Source of the DNA: an uncultured Planctomycetia bacterium
GTDB lineage: Bacteria > Planctomycetota > UBA8108 > UBA1146
Length of the DNA stretch: 64,000 bases
Reading direction: 5' to 3'
Assembly: GCA_964422295.1 (NCBI GenBank)
Contig: CAYRAM010000002.1
Span: 24,052 to 88,051, forward strand
A program made the translations under genes and the position numbers. Every line of letters starts with the position of its first letter. Position 1 is the stretch's first letter. The notes beneath the pieces were generated by a model, which searched no databases, was not told the origin of the DNA, and saw only the letters and a list, made by a program, of their open reading frames with translations. This document shows, piece after piece, positions 28,465-37,520 of the stretch.

Positions 28465-29619
28465 ATGCTTCCAATTAGGTTAGTGAATCTCGCCTTTGCC
28501 CTGTTGTTACTGGGCACTGCGGCGTTGATTGCAGCGCCTCCTGATTCTGCAGACAAAATCGATCAGAAGCAGGAAGAGGAGGCAAAAAAGGCTTTTGATT
28601 CCATCTACGAAAAGATGAATGAAGCACAAGATGCTTACTACAAGCCCTTCATCGATGCCCGGGAGAAGGGATTGAGCCCGGAGGAAATGGACAAAATCGA
28701 ACTCGATCCGGAACTTGAGCCGGTCAAAATCGTGGGTCCGGAACTGTTGCGTGGAATCGAGAAATTTGCCGGGACTGAGGCCGCACTCCAGGCTTGTGAC
28801 CGGCTGATGGGGATGGCAGGCAGAAGCGATACCCAGGGGTGGATGGTCGAAAAGGTAGTCGCTGTTCTCAAAGCCCATTATCTCAAGAATCCAAACTTGT
28901 TGAATGTGGTACGCTTCGCCCATTACGGCAGTGACGCTCCGGTGATGAAGGAGTTCCTCGGTACAGTGGTGAGTGAGTCCCCCCATAGGGAGGTACAGGC
29001 CGCAAGCTGCTACTCGCTGGCAAAGATGCTGGGCAAGAAAGAGGAAACCCGGGGTGAAGGTTTGGCGATGCTGAAAAAGGTGCAAACCGACTTTGGGGAT
29101 GTCCCATACAGGGGGGATCGTGTCTATGCGGACAAGGTCAAGGGCGACCTCTTCGAAATGGAAAATCTGCAAATCGGATGCGTGGCACCGGAAATCATCG
29201 GCAAAGAGATCTCAGGAAGTTTAATGCAGCTTTCTGCCTTCAGGGGCAAAGTGGTGCTACTCGATTTCTGGGGAGACTGGTGAGGACCTTGCAGGGCGAT
29301 GTACCCACACGAGCGGTCGCTCGTAGAAAAATACTCAGCAGATACATTTGCCATCGTCGGCATTAATTCCGACTCCACGATTGAAAAAGCCAGGGAAGTG
29401 GTCAAAGAGAACAAACTCAACTGGCTCAACTTCTACGATGGAGGCACCGATGGTCCCATTGCGACGCGGTGGAATGTCAGTGGTTGGCCAACGATCTACC
29501 TCATCGATGCCAAAGGAGTGATTCGATTCAAGGATGTTCGTGGCAAGAAGTTGGATGCGGCCATCGAGGTGCTGTTGAATGAAACGAAAGCTGAAAAAGC
29601 AGTAGAGGCTGGCAAGTAG
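28465..29619 (+). CDS. Selenocysteine-containing TlpA-like thiol:disulfide oxidoreductase with a U-G-P-C active site. The TGA at 29281-29283 is read as Sec.
   Basis: ORF 28465..29283 ends '...GKVVLLDFWGDW', then TGA. Reading on in the same frame gives 'GPCRAMYPHERSLVEKYSADTFAIVGINSDSTIEKAREVVKENKLNWLNFYDGG...GWPTIYLIDAKGVI' (ORF 29299..29619 is in the same frame). This reproduces the TlpA consensus 'FWASWCGPCR', with Sec at the first Cys. Signal peptide at the N-terminus. Confidence 0.7.
29309..29324 (+). promoter_or_regulatory. Candidate SECIS apical hairpin with a GGUC loop, 25 nt downstream of UGA 29281.
   Basis: acgagc-GGUC-gcucgu: a 6-bp stem with the loop GGUC, the same apical-loop sequence as the E. 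coli fdhF SECIS. A lower helix is possible with the 5' flank. Confidence 0.35.
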
Positions 29620-29647
29620 TTTTCGCATCTTCGAATCGCGATCAGGT

Positions 29648-30334
29648 TTATCCTGGAGATTCTTCTTTCGAAGAATCTCCAGGATTTTTTTCGTCGGTTC
29701 CAAAACCCATTGGGCACCCACCTGAGGAGGATTTCTCATCTGAGTTCTTTTTAGGAAACAGGGGAGCTTGGGGTGGAGGGTCAGCTTCGCCTTTTCCACG
29801 CCTGCGAAGTGGTGCCCACCACAGTTCATCGAGACAAGCCAAAGAACCGAGTGAGAGTGTCAGCAGCAGGAGTGATCCACCGAGAATTTGGGAAAAGAGA
29901 GCCAGGGTACTCCCCGAGGCGATCATCAAAGGCGAAAAGAGAAGCCCTGCCAGGCTGCCATATCCCGTAAACGCGAGGGTGACCTTGATGGAGGTCGACC
30001 AGGGAGTCAGTTCAAAGAGATGGAGGATGACGAAGAGGAGCATCGCCAAAGAAAAGATGTGATCGTGGATGAATGCGAGCAATTCACGGGGTGTCTTCTC
30101 TGACATCATTTCTTCCGCATCGAGATCGTTCTCATTGCCGAGAACCCATTCACGGGCATTTTCAGGTGTAAATCCTCCCGCACTGCTGGAGTATTGGAGA
30201 GTTGCCACAAAGCACCCTCCAATGACCGATAGCAGAAAGAGTGTCAGCAGCCAGCGAGTGGAGGTGTTTGCTCGGGCGAGAGTGAAACCGGCCTGTTTGT
30301 AGAACTGGGTCAAGTCAGCGCTCCCCATCCTCAC
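29648..30334 (-). CDS. Hypothetical polytopic membrane protein.
   Basis: About 5 predicted TM helices. No family was recognised. The 3' end overlaps the terminator hairpin. Confidence 0.4.
   Translation of the reverse strand: MRMGSADLTQFYKQAGFTLARANTSTRWLLTLFLLSVIGGCFVATLQYSSSAGGFTPENAREWVLGNENDLDAEEMMSEKTPRELLAFIHDHIFSLAMLLFVILHLFELTPWSTSIKVTLAFTGYGSLAGLLFSPLMIASGSTLALFSQILGGSLLLLTLSLGSLACLDELWWAPLRRRGKGEADPPPQAPLFPKKNSDEKSSSGGCPMGFGTDEKNPGDSSKEESPG
29653..29693. terminator. Rho-independent terminator after the selenoprotein gene.
   Basis: cctggagattcttctttcgaagaatctccagg followed by attttttt. Confidence 0.55.
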
Positions 30335-30389
30335 GATGACAGATGACTTTGATTTTGGTCAGGACTGATAGGCTCAATGAGAATGCCGC

Positions 30390-30623
30390 TCAGCAATTCA
30401 GAGGAACAACTCTCAGTGTCGCTGCGATGTCTTCGCTGAGTCCCAGCCGTTGGCCTTTGATCTCAAGGACACAGGTACCGGAGTTGTGACAAACACGCAG
30501 TTCACAATCGTCACACAATCCCATCGATTCAAGGAGAGGGCGTTGATCGTGGGGAATCGATTCGGCGATGAGTCTACCGCTTTCACCCTGCTGCATATCG
30601 AAGAGTGAACGCATGCGGGACAT
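30390..30623 (-). CDS. feoA: FeoA-family small protein.
   Basis: An SH3-like FeoA pattern 'LFDMQQGESGRLIAESIPHDQRPLLESMGLCDDCELRVCHNSGTCVLEIKGQRLGLSEDIAATLRVV'. The start was taken at the internal ATG (MSRMRSL). Confidence 0.55.
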   Translation of the reverse strand: MSRMRSLFDMQQGESGRLIAESIPHDQRPLLESMGLCDDCELRVCHNSGTCVLEIKGQRLGLSEDIAATLRVVPLNC

Positions 30624-30913
30624 CGTCTCGTTGGCTGCGGCTTCAAGGTTTGAGGCCCCGGAAGCGGGTGTGGGCTGGGAATGAGGGTAATAAGGTGATT
30701 CTTGATCGGCCTTCATGACTCTCCAGCAAAGGTGACTTCAGGTACTACCAACAGTGTCCGCCTCGACACAGAAACACCCATCGCTGCCGAAAGGTATCTT
30801 CCCTGATCGGATAGGAGACTTGTTATCGAAGGGGAGCGGCATTAACCTGCCCTCCGGTTTACAAAGTCGCCCAAGAGAGTAGTTGTACCGGTTGTTTAAG
30901 GAACCGTCAACCT

Positions 30914-30929
30914 GTTTGGGTAGCCAAAC
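30914..30929. promoter_or_regulatory. Palindromic operator-like site GTTTGGGTAGCCAAAC (copy 3) in the divergent feoA / DtxR-family promoter region.
   Basis: 14 of 16 positions match copy 1. It sits just upstream of the predicted regulator start, consistent with autoregulation. Confidence 0.4.
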
Positions 30930-30942
30930 GAATGGGGTCTCA

Positions 30943-31503
30943 TTGATTGATTGGCGTGAGTTTGACCAGAATCCGGTGAGCCACTCCGCTGCCCACCACC
31001 TGACTTCGATTCAGCAGTTGCTGGATGAGCAGGGGTACGCGCGCGTCTCAGATGTTGCCCGCAAACTGGGGATCACCCGGGGGAGTGTCTCGGTGACCCT
31101 GAAAGGTCTGAGGCAACGGGGTCTCGTGATCGAGGATCAGCACAAACATCTGGGACTCTCGGATGAGGGGCTGAGAATTGCCCGTGGGATTCACACAAAG
31201 AGGATCCTCTTCAAGGCATTTCTCCAGGACTCCTTGGGTCTGCCTGCTGAGTTGGCAGAGTTGGACGCTTGCAAGGTGGAACATCTGGTGAGCGATGTGA
31301 CTGCGGAGGCTTTGGCAATCTATATGGAGCGTAATGGAATCGGCGAGGGTGCTTCCAAAGACCGCAAGGAACAAGTAAAGGCATTGGAAGTCAGTATCAA
31401 AGATGGTCGCATCGATGCTTTCCCTGGTGAAGATGTTGAGGCATTTTCAGAACAGTTGCAAAGCAGGAGTGATGCGGGAAGCAAGGGGCAAACAGATGAG
31501 TAG
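30943..31503 (+). CDS. DtxR/MntR-family metal-dependent transcriptional regulator.
   Basis: 'HHLTSIQQLLDEQGYARVSDVARKLGITRGSVSVTLKGLRQRGLV' matches the DtxR winged-HTH, followed by a dimerisation/metal-binding region. The start is uncertain (TTG 30943 or GTG 30976). The ORF track starts at 30883, but that would place the palindrome inside the ORF. Confidence 0.7.
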   Translation: MIDWREFDQNPVSHSAAHHLTSIQQLLDEQGYARVSDVARKLGITRGSVSVTLKGLRQRGLVIEDQHKHLGLSDEGLRIARGIHTKRILFKAFLQDSLGLPAELAELDACKVEHLVSDVTAEALAIYMERNGIGEGASKDRKEQVKALEVSIKDGRIDAFPGEDVEAFSEQLQSRSDAGSKGQTDE

Positions 31504-31945
31504 TTATTCCCGTGAAGACGCTTTGCGTCGTTTGAATGAGTTGTTGGCCGAAGAGTTGGAAGCATCGATCCGTTACTTGCATTTGAGTACACTCGTGCAG
31601 GGCATCGACCGACTGGTGATTCAAAAAGTTCTTCAAGAGAATCACGAGGAGACGATTGAGCATGCGCAACAGGTTTCAGAAAAGATCATTCAGGTCGGTG
31701 GAGTACCACAACCGAAAATCAATCTGGAGTTGACCGGGAACAAGTGCACCGGGATCGAAGCTCTTCAGATCGCACTGCTCTTTGAGCAGGCTGCCTTGGA
31801 CGCTTACGGAGAATTTCTTGAAGTAGTCGAGGGCAGCGGGGATGTGATCCTCGAAGAATTCGCTCGTCAACAAGTGGCAATCGAATCGGAGCATGTCTCA
31901 GAATTGCAAATGCTCATAGGAGATACCACCGTTGGCAGCAAGTGA
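31496..31945 (+). CDS. Ferritin-like diiron-carboxylate protein (bacterioferritin/Dps-like).
   Basis: Ferroxidase-type motifs 'EELEASIRYLH', 'ENHEETIEHAQ' and 'ESEHVSEL'. It is about 149 aa. Its ATG overlaps the regulator stop, so it forms an operon with the DtxR-family gene. Confidence 0.6.
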   Translation: MSSYSREDALRRLNELLAEELEASIRYLHLSTLVQGIDRLVIQKVLQENHEETIEHAQQVSEKIIQVGGVPQPKINLELTGNKCTGIEALQIALLFEQAALDAYGEFLEVVEGSGDVILEEFARQQVAIESEHVSELQMLIGDTTVGSK

Positions 31946-32420
31946 TCGTCCAGGTGGACTGACGGCACTGACAGTGCTCAATGGCTTCTTTGCTCTCAAT
32001 GTCGGCGGGACGACGATCCAGCGCTTCATCACCTCCTATGAGCTTATGAATGTCGCCGAATCAGGTGTTCAGGGGAGCCCCTGGCGCAGGAGATATCTTC
32101 AATCCCTCCTGGATGAAGGTCTCAGTGCATGGGAGCTGCAAGTTATCGCACTCATAGGTTTGGCTGCCACATTGCTCTTGCTGGTTTCGATTTGGGGATT
32201 GCTGAAACGCAGTAACCTGATTGGGAGGTGGCTTGGCACCCTGGGAGCAGTATCTCTCGCAATCTTTTACCTGCTCAACATCAATTGGCTTCCCGAGACG
32301 ATTTTACGGGGAAGCGGTTTGTCGATCGCACGCCAACTCTTTTATCCTGTTTTTCTGATCTTCATGCTCCATGTGATCTTCCGCAGGGACTTTCTGTTTC
32401 AACCGGGGAGGTCCGGATGA
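31932..32420 (+). CDS. Hypothetical small membrane protein (start uncertain).
   Basis: Hydrophobic segments are present. Its stop overlaps the ATG of the downstream permease (ATGA). A TTG start overlaps the ferritin-like gene. An alternative start is the ATG at 32046. Confidence 0.3.
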   Translation: MAASDRPGGLTALTVLNGFFALNVGGTTIQRFITSYELMNVAESGVQGSPWRRRYLQSLLDEGLSAWELQVIALIGLAATLLLLVSIWGLLKRSNLIGRWLGTLGAVSLAIFYLLNINWLPETILRGSGLSIARQLFYPVFLIFMLHVIFRRDFLFQPGRSG

Positions 32421-33325
32421 GTCAGGCAAGGCACATCCTGCTACACGCCAAGAAGTTGATCGTCCATTCCCTGCGAACCGGGTCCGGGGTGGCTTTCATT
32501 TTTCTGACGATTCTTATTGGTCTCTCTTTGGCCAATTTGTCGATTGCCCCCGTGGAATTGGAATTGACCACCGCCGATGCGTTCAGGGAAAATGCCAGCC
32601 AGGCGATCGGTATCGCTCTCGCCACCGCTACTCTGCGTTTGGGAGCAGACGATCAGGATTTTCTATCGCGTATGGAGACAGGGGATTTGATCGATCTGGG
32701 GATGTGGGCACGATTCCTCGTGATCGAAAATCCGATGTTACTGTCAATCACAGTTCTTTTATTGGGACTGGCCTTGCCGATTCTGTTGCCACTGGGATCC
32801 TTTACTGCCATCTCCAGCGATGTCCAACACAGGACAGTACGCTATCTTCTTCCCAGAACCACGCGCTATTCCTTATTGCTGGGGCGCTGGTTGGGAACCC
32901 TGATTTTGTCGTGGGTGTTGATTTTTCTGCTCTTGTCATCGGTCGTCTTTTATCTGTCGATCATGATCACGACAGAATCCACTGAATCGATGATTCCATG
33001 GGCGGCCCGGTGCCTGCTGGCGCTCTGTTGCCTATCGATGCCTTACGTGTCATTGGGGATCCTGTGTTCGGCGACATTCAGGGTACCGATGGTTGCGCTG
33101 CTGGCCGCAGTGGGAGTCACTGTGGGGGTTCCACTCCTCGCTCTCAGTCTGCAAGAGGCGTGGGAACCTTTGGGAAAGATTCTCTACATTCTTCCATGGG
33201 GATATTCCCATGAGTTGCTCTCACCGGATGCAGGCAAAGTCAGTCGCGCTGTTCTCTATTCATTGGGACACAGTGCCCTCTTCATGACTCTGGCGGCGTG
33301 GAAATTCAGGAGGGCGGATCTATGA
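32417..33325 (+). CDS. ABC-2 type transporter permease.
   Basis: Six hydrophobic helices. The ATG at 32417 is preceded by GGGAGG. It is translationally coupled to the ATPase (ATGA overlap). Confidence 0.6.
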   Translation: MSQARHILLHAKKLIVHSLRTGSGVAFIFLTILIGLSLANLSIAPVELELTTADAFRENASQAIGIALATATLRLGADDQDFLSRMETGDLIDLGMWARFLVIENPMLLSITVLLLGLALPILLPLGSFTAISSDVQHRTVRYLLPRTTRYSLLLGRWLGTLILSWVLIFLLLSSVVFYLSIMITTESTESMIPWAARCLLALCCLSMPYVSLGILCSATFRVPMVALLAAVGVTVGVPLLALSLQEAWEPLGKILYILPWGYSHELLSPDAGKVSRAVLYSLGHSALFMTLAAWKFRRADL

Positions 33326-34284
33326 ACAGCCCACCTGAAGCAGCAATTGAAAATGCGATCCGCATCGAGGGATTGAGTCACAACTTTGGAATCAAGCAGG
33401 CTCTGCGAAACATCGATTGGCAACTTCCCGGTAAGGGAGTCGTTGGCTTGGTTGGGCCCAATGGAGCGGGAAAGACGACGCTGTTCTCGCTCATCGCAGG
33501 ATTTCTGACACTCCAAAAGGGCAAGATATCTGTGCTTGGTCAATCGAGTCCGGTGTCTCCTGCACTCATGGGTCGGGTGGGGGTGATGCCCCAGGATGCC
33601 ATCTTTGCGAGAGACATCTCGATACTGGATCAATTGCTGTTCCTGTTGCGTCTCGAAGGGATTCACGGAAAAGAGGCGGAATCCAGGGCACGAACGGTGA
33701 TGCAGCAGGTGGGTCTTGAAACAGAACTTCACCGTGGTGCGGCGGTACTCTCCCACGGGATGGGAAAGAGATTGGGTGTTGCCCAATCGATCCTTGGCAG
33801 TCCTGAAGTGGTTCTTCTCGATGAACCCACTGCAGGGCTTGATCCTGCCAATGCGCGACAGATCAGAGGATTGATACGGGAGTTGGGCAGTCGGTCGTTG
33901 GTCATCGTTTCATCGCACAATTTGCTGGAGTTGCAGGATCTCATCGACGAGGTGGGGGTCATCGTCAACGGAGAGTTGGTTGCCAGTGGAACGGTGGAGG
34001 AGGTCACTCGTAGAGAACGGCGATTCGAGCTGATCCTTGACACGGAAGTGACTCCGGAATTGGTTGTGGAATTGAAGAAACTGTCACAGGTGAGCAGCGT
34101 CGAATTCGATGGGTATCAACTGACGGTCGATCTCGATGCTGAGAGTGAGGAGGGGATCAATGGTGCTCTATCCCAGTTATATCTCTTCCTCGTTGAGCAC
34201 GGGGTTCCACCCCATGAATTGCGCGAAGGTGCGAGCTTGGAGCAGGCGTACCTGAGACTCACCGGCGAGGATCAATCGCCCTGA
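33322..34284 (+). CDS. ABC transporter ATP-binding protein.
   Basis: Walker A 'GPNGAGKTT', signature 'LSHGMGKRLGVAQ', Walker B 'VVLLDEPTAGLD' and H-loop 'SSHNL'. Confidence 0.85.
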   Translation: MNSPPEAAIENAIRIEGLSHNFGIKQALRNIDWQLPGKGVVGLVGPNGAGKTTLFSLIAGFLTLQKGKISVLGQSSPVSPALMGRVGVMPQDAIFARDISILDQLLFLLRLEGIHGKEAESRARTVMQQVGLETELHRGAAVLSHGMGKRLGVAQSILGSPEVVLLDEPTAGLDPANARQIRGLIRELGSRSLVIVSSHNLLELQDLIDEVGVIVNGELVASGTVEEVTRRERRFELILDTEVTPELVVELKKLSQVSSVEFDGYQLTVDLDAESEEGINGALSQLYLFLVEHGVPPHELREGASLEQAYLRLTGEDQSP

Positions 34285-36197
34285 GATCCCTGCGGCGAGT
34301 TGTTGGGGATTCCCCCGGTGGACCTGACAGTCGCAATCCTCGTGCGCATCTCGATGACTTCAGCACTGGGTGGAGCTGAGTCGAGCAACCGATCGATATC
34401 GTCGAGCAATCCGGGGTTCAAACCGATCCACGGGATTAATGCTTCGAGATGTCTTGCCGCCGCAAAGTGATTGCCTGCCTGAATCGATGCGGTGGCCTGT
34501 TTCTGACCCAGCAACCCACGCAAGGTTACCAACGGTGTCAAGAGTCCCCAACGTTCTCTGGAGGTGTCCAGCCACTCAGAAAGGGTGCGTGGACCATCCT
34601 GCTTCTCGATCAGTTGGCCAAATCTCAGCAGCAGGTCATGACTTGGTTGCGCTGATTCCGTCAATGCGATACTCCACCACTCTTTGGCGGCATCCAAATC
34701 TCCCGAGACCGCACACATGTAGCCCAATCTCTCCTCCAGACGGGTCCCTTTTGGTTCGAAGAGTGCCCAGCCTCCCCGATGGATGCCGAGTTGTGGTTTG
34801 AGGGCAGCGATGGCGTTGACGGAAGCACGTCTGATTTCTTCGGGTACCGGCGGTTTCCCGGGCAATAGCACCTGATCGAGGTTGACGGCGGCTTGATCCA
34901 TCCAGTGGGATGATTGCTGCAGATCCCAACGGGATTTTCCGGCTGAAATCGTCAGCCCGATGCAGAAGATGGCGATGACGAAGACTCCTGCTCCTGCGCG
35001 TGTCCAATTCCCTCCCCGTCGCAGTGAATATTGTTGCAGTGAGACTTCCCGATCGCGAAGCAACTGAGTCGCTTTCCAAGCAAGAAAGGTCACCATCAAG
35101 GCGATCCCCGTTGCCATCAACAGCGGGATCTGCTCGTAGACGCCACGCCAACTGAACCAGGTGAGAGTGAATACCGCTGCGATGAGCAACTCTCCGATCC
35201 AGGAGAGTTGTGACCGACGACGAATCCTGGTTGATGCCGGGTTGAATGCGGTGACAAGGCTCTGTTTGTTGACACCGAGGGAAAGCACTCCATTCGGACA
35301 AACATCCACGCAGTCGAGGCACTTCATGCATCCCGGGTCGACCACCTGTTGATGAACCTTGATCTCCCGGGAAATTTGCACATTGGAGGTGCAGTTCGCA
35401 GTGCATAGACCACAGGATTCACATTTGGACATGTCGGCGACGATCCCCATGAGGGAGACTCGATCAGCGATATTGAAGAACGCACCGTAGGGGCATCCGT
35501 AAGTGCAAAATCCCTTGGAGCCGAGGAGATACACCACGAAAAATCCGCAGATCAGAAGAAAGGGAATCGCCACGATGACGGTTGGGAAGGTCGCCCAAAA
35601 TTCTTCGACGATGAGGTGGTTGGTGAATCCCGGCCACGCTTTGGCGGGAGCAAACCAATTCGTCAGTCCAGGCACCACGGATTCCACCCAGGGGAAGACT
35701 ATCCGTTTGAAGGTGGGCCACAGAAACATGTAGAACGCAAGGATGAAGGGGACTGCGGCGAGCAGCCTGCTGCGGAAGGGTCGTGGCGTGATTCCCGCCT
35801 TTTTCATCAGCCAACCGCAAAGATCCTGCAAAGCCACCATATGGCAGGCCCAACCGCAGAACCAGCGACCGAAAATGGCGGTCGCCAAAATGGCAACAAT
35901 GAAAAAGACGAAGCCGGCATTCACCTGTCCGTTTTCGAGGGTGTACATACTTTCGGATGGCTCGACAGGGGAGAGGGTTCTGCCCGTGATCCACCAGTGC
36001 AACAGGTGCCCTGCGATGAGGACATGGACGAGACCGAGAGCCAAGGCCCGACGGCGTCCAGAGCGCCCCGGATATCGTTCGCCTGTACGGCGATCTTCTT
36101 CACAACCGGGTTTTGGCTTGGATCGCTTCGGCACCGATGTTCTCCCTCTTCTGAATTCATCATACCGAATTGACCCGATATCGAGAATGGTGATCAC
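34272..36197 (-). CDS. Membrane-bound polyferredoxin (CcoG/NapH/RdxA-like 4Fe-4S protein) with a C-terminal helical-repeat domain.
   Basis: Cys clusters 'FCGWACHMVAL', 'CTYGCPYGAFFNI', 'CESCGLCTANC' and 'CMKCLDCVDVCPNG', with several TM helices. Confidence 0.6.
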   Translation of the reverse strand: MITILDIGSIRYDEFRRGRTSVPKRSKPKPGCEEDRRTGERYPGRSGRRRALALGLVHVLIAGHLLHWWITGRTLSPVEPSESMYTLENGQVNAGFVFFIVAILATAIFGRWFCGWACHMVALQDLCGWLMKKAGITPRPFRSRLLAAVPFILAFYMFLWPTFKRIVFPWVESVVPGLTNWFAPAKAWPGFTNHLIVEEFWATFPTVIVAIPFLLICGFFVVYLLGSKGFCTYGCPYGAFFNIADRVSLMGIVADMSKCESCGLCTANCTSNVQISREIKVHQQVVDPGCMKCLDCVDVCPNGVLSLGVNKQSLVTAFNPASTRIRRRSQLSWIGELLIAAVFTLTWFSWRGVYEQIPLLMATGIALMVTFLAWKATQLLRDREVSLQQYSLRRGGNWTRAGAGVFVIAIFCIGLTISAGKSRWDLQQSSHWMDQAAVNLDQVLLPGKPPVPEEIRRASVNAIAALKPQLGIHRGGWALFEPKGTRLEERLGYMCAVSGDLDAAKEWWSIALTESAQPSHDLLLRFGQLIEKQDGPRTLSEWLDTSRERWGLLTPLVTLRGLLGQKQATASIQAGNHFAAARHLEALIPWIGLNPGLLDDIDRLLDSAPPSAEVIEMRTRIATVRSTGGIPNNSPQGSQGD

Positions 36198-36300
36198 ATC
36201 GATTCATGCCCAGTCGTAGTTTTCCTTGCAGACCGCAATAAAAACGGAGGGTGGACCATACAGATCCACCCTCCGTTTTTGAAGTTCAAGATTTCAATGA

Positions 36301-37308
36301 TTAGTGATCAGGAACGCCATCTCCGTCGTGATCATGATTTCCTTCGGAGTGGTCCAGATTGATGATCGCTTGCTCGATCATCTTTTTGCCTTGGGGGTTT
36401 TCGGCAACGAGGGGATCAGCGAGCATGCGCTCAAGAAACTTGCGAGCCTCAGGCTTGCGATCCTGCTCAGTGAGCCACTGTTGACAGAACCAGAGGGCAT
36501 TTAGCGTATCGGGCCCGGAAATCCCCGGATTTTCGCTCAGAAATGCTACCAGCGTCGGATAATTGGGTTCGCTGGTGTTCAGCAATTCTCTCAGGCGCAT
36601 GCTCGCCTTGTGAGATGCGACCAATTTTTTCAACTCCTCGTTCTCTGACTTTTCCGCCATCTCCAGGTACTTGGAGTAACCGGGGTAGCCGAGAAGTTCA
36701 TTTTTGGTCATGACCCCAAAGACATCGCTGAGCATGGTCGAAGCTTCTTCATCTTTGGAGGAGAGGAGCTTTTTCAGTTTTTCACCATCGGTGCGCAACT
36801 CGGTGAGATTCTTGAGGTAAGCTTCCGGACCTCCTGGAAGGTAGCCGGTTCTCCCGTAGGGGCGCATCTCTGCATCGGCGAGAATGATGGTGGGGTAGCC
36901 GCTGACACTCATTTCATCGCGGTGCTTGTCATTCAATTCCGGGGAAACCACTTTGGCTTTCAGTTCTTCCGCCTGGGGGAAATCCAGAAACAGGTAGATG
37001 AACTGCTTTCCTGCAGACTCATCAAATCCGGGTTTGGAAAAGACCTCACTGTCGAGTTTCTTGCACCAACTGCACCAGTCACTGCCGGTGAAATTGATCA
37101 TGATGTCTTTTCCTTCAGTCTTGGCCTTCTTCATGGCTGCGGAAATATCCGTCTCCCACGTGAGGCCTGGATGCTCAGCAGTGTCAGTCTGCTCCTCACC
37201 GGAGGATTCTTCCTTTTTTCCAGCGGGTTCCTCTTGTGCGGGAATGTATGGTGCAGCGAAGAGTGTCAAAACAAATAATATCAGGGCCCCGATCAGCGGC
37301 GACTTCAT
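36301..37308 (-). CDS. Secreted thioredoxin-like protein of the Thioredoxin_7 / DUF255-like family with a CxxC.
   Basis: Signal peptide 'LIGALILFVLTLFAAP' and active site 'INFTGSDWCSWCKKLDSEVF'. It is a paralog of the Sec protein at 16979. Confidence 0.7.
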   Translation of the reverse strand: MKSPLIGALILFVLTLFAAPYIPAQEEPAGKKEESSGEEQTDTAEHPGLTWETDISAAMKKAKTEGKDIMINFTGSDWCSWCKKLDSEVFSKPGFDESAGKQFIYLFLDFPQAEELKAKVVSPELNDKHRDEMSVSGYPTIILADAEMRPYGRTGYLPGGPEAYLKNLTELRTDGEKLKKLLSSKDEEASTMLSDVFGVMTKNELLGYPGYSKYLEMAEKSENEELKKLVASHKASMRLRELLNTSEPNYPTLVAFLSENPGISGPDTLNALWFCQQWLTEQDRKPEARKFLERMLADPLVAENPQGKKMIEQAIINLDHSEGNHDHDGDGVPDH

Positions 37309-37520
37309 GGGTTCTCCTTCTTGGACTTGATCCTTCAGGACAGGGAAGATCTCCGCGACAGGAGATCAAAAAATGTCTGATCGACGCTCTCGCCAGTACA
37401 GACCATGATTGAAACCTTGAGACTATCCGATGGGCCGACCTGCAGGAAGGACGTTTGGATCCTCCAGTGGGGTGAAATCACTGCTTTATTAAAATTACCG
37501 GAGGATCAAATATTTGCGAT

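Noticed and set aside
30883-30942. Longer start for the DtxR-family gene (ORF track 30883).
   Set aside because: This start would place the palindromic operator-like site inside the coding sequence. DtxR-family alignment begins near residue 'HHLTSIQQLL'.
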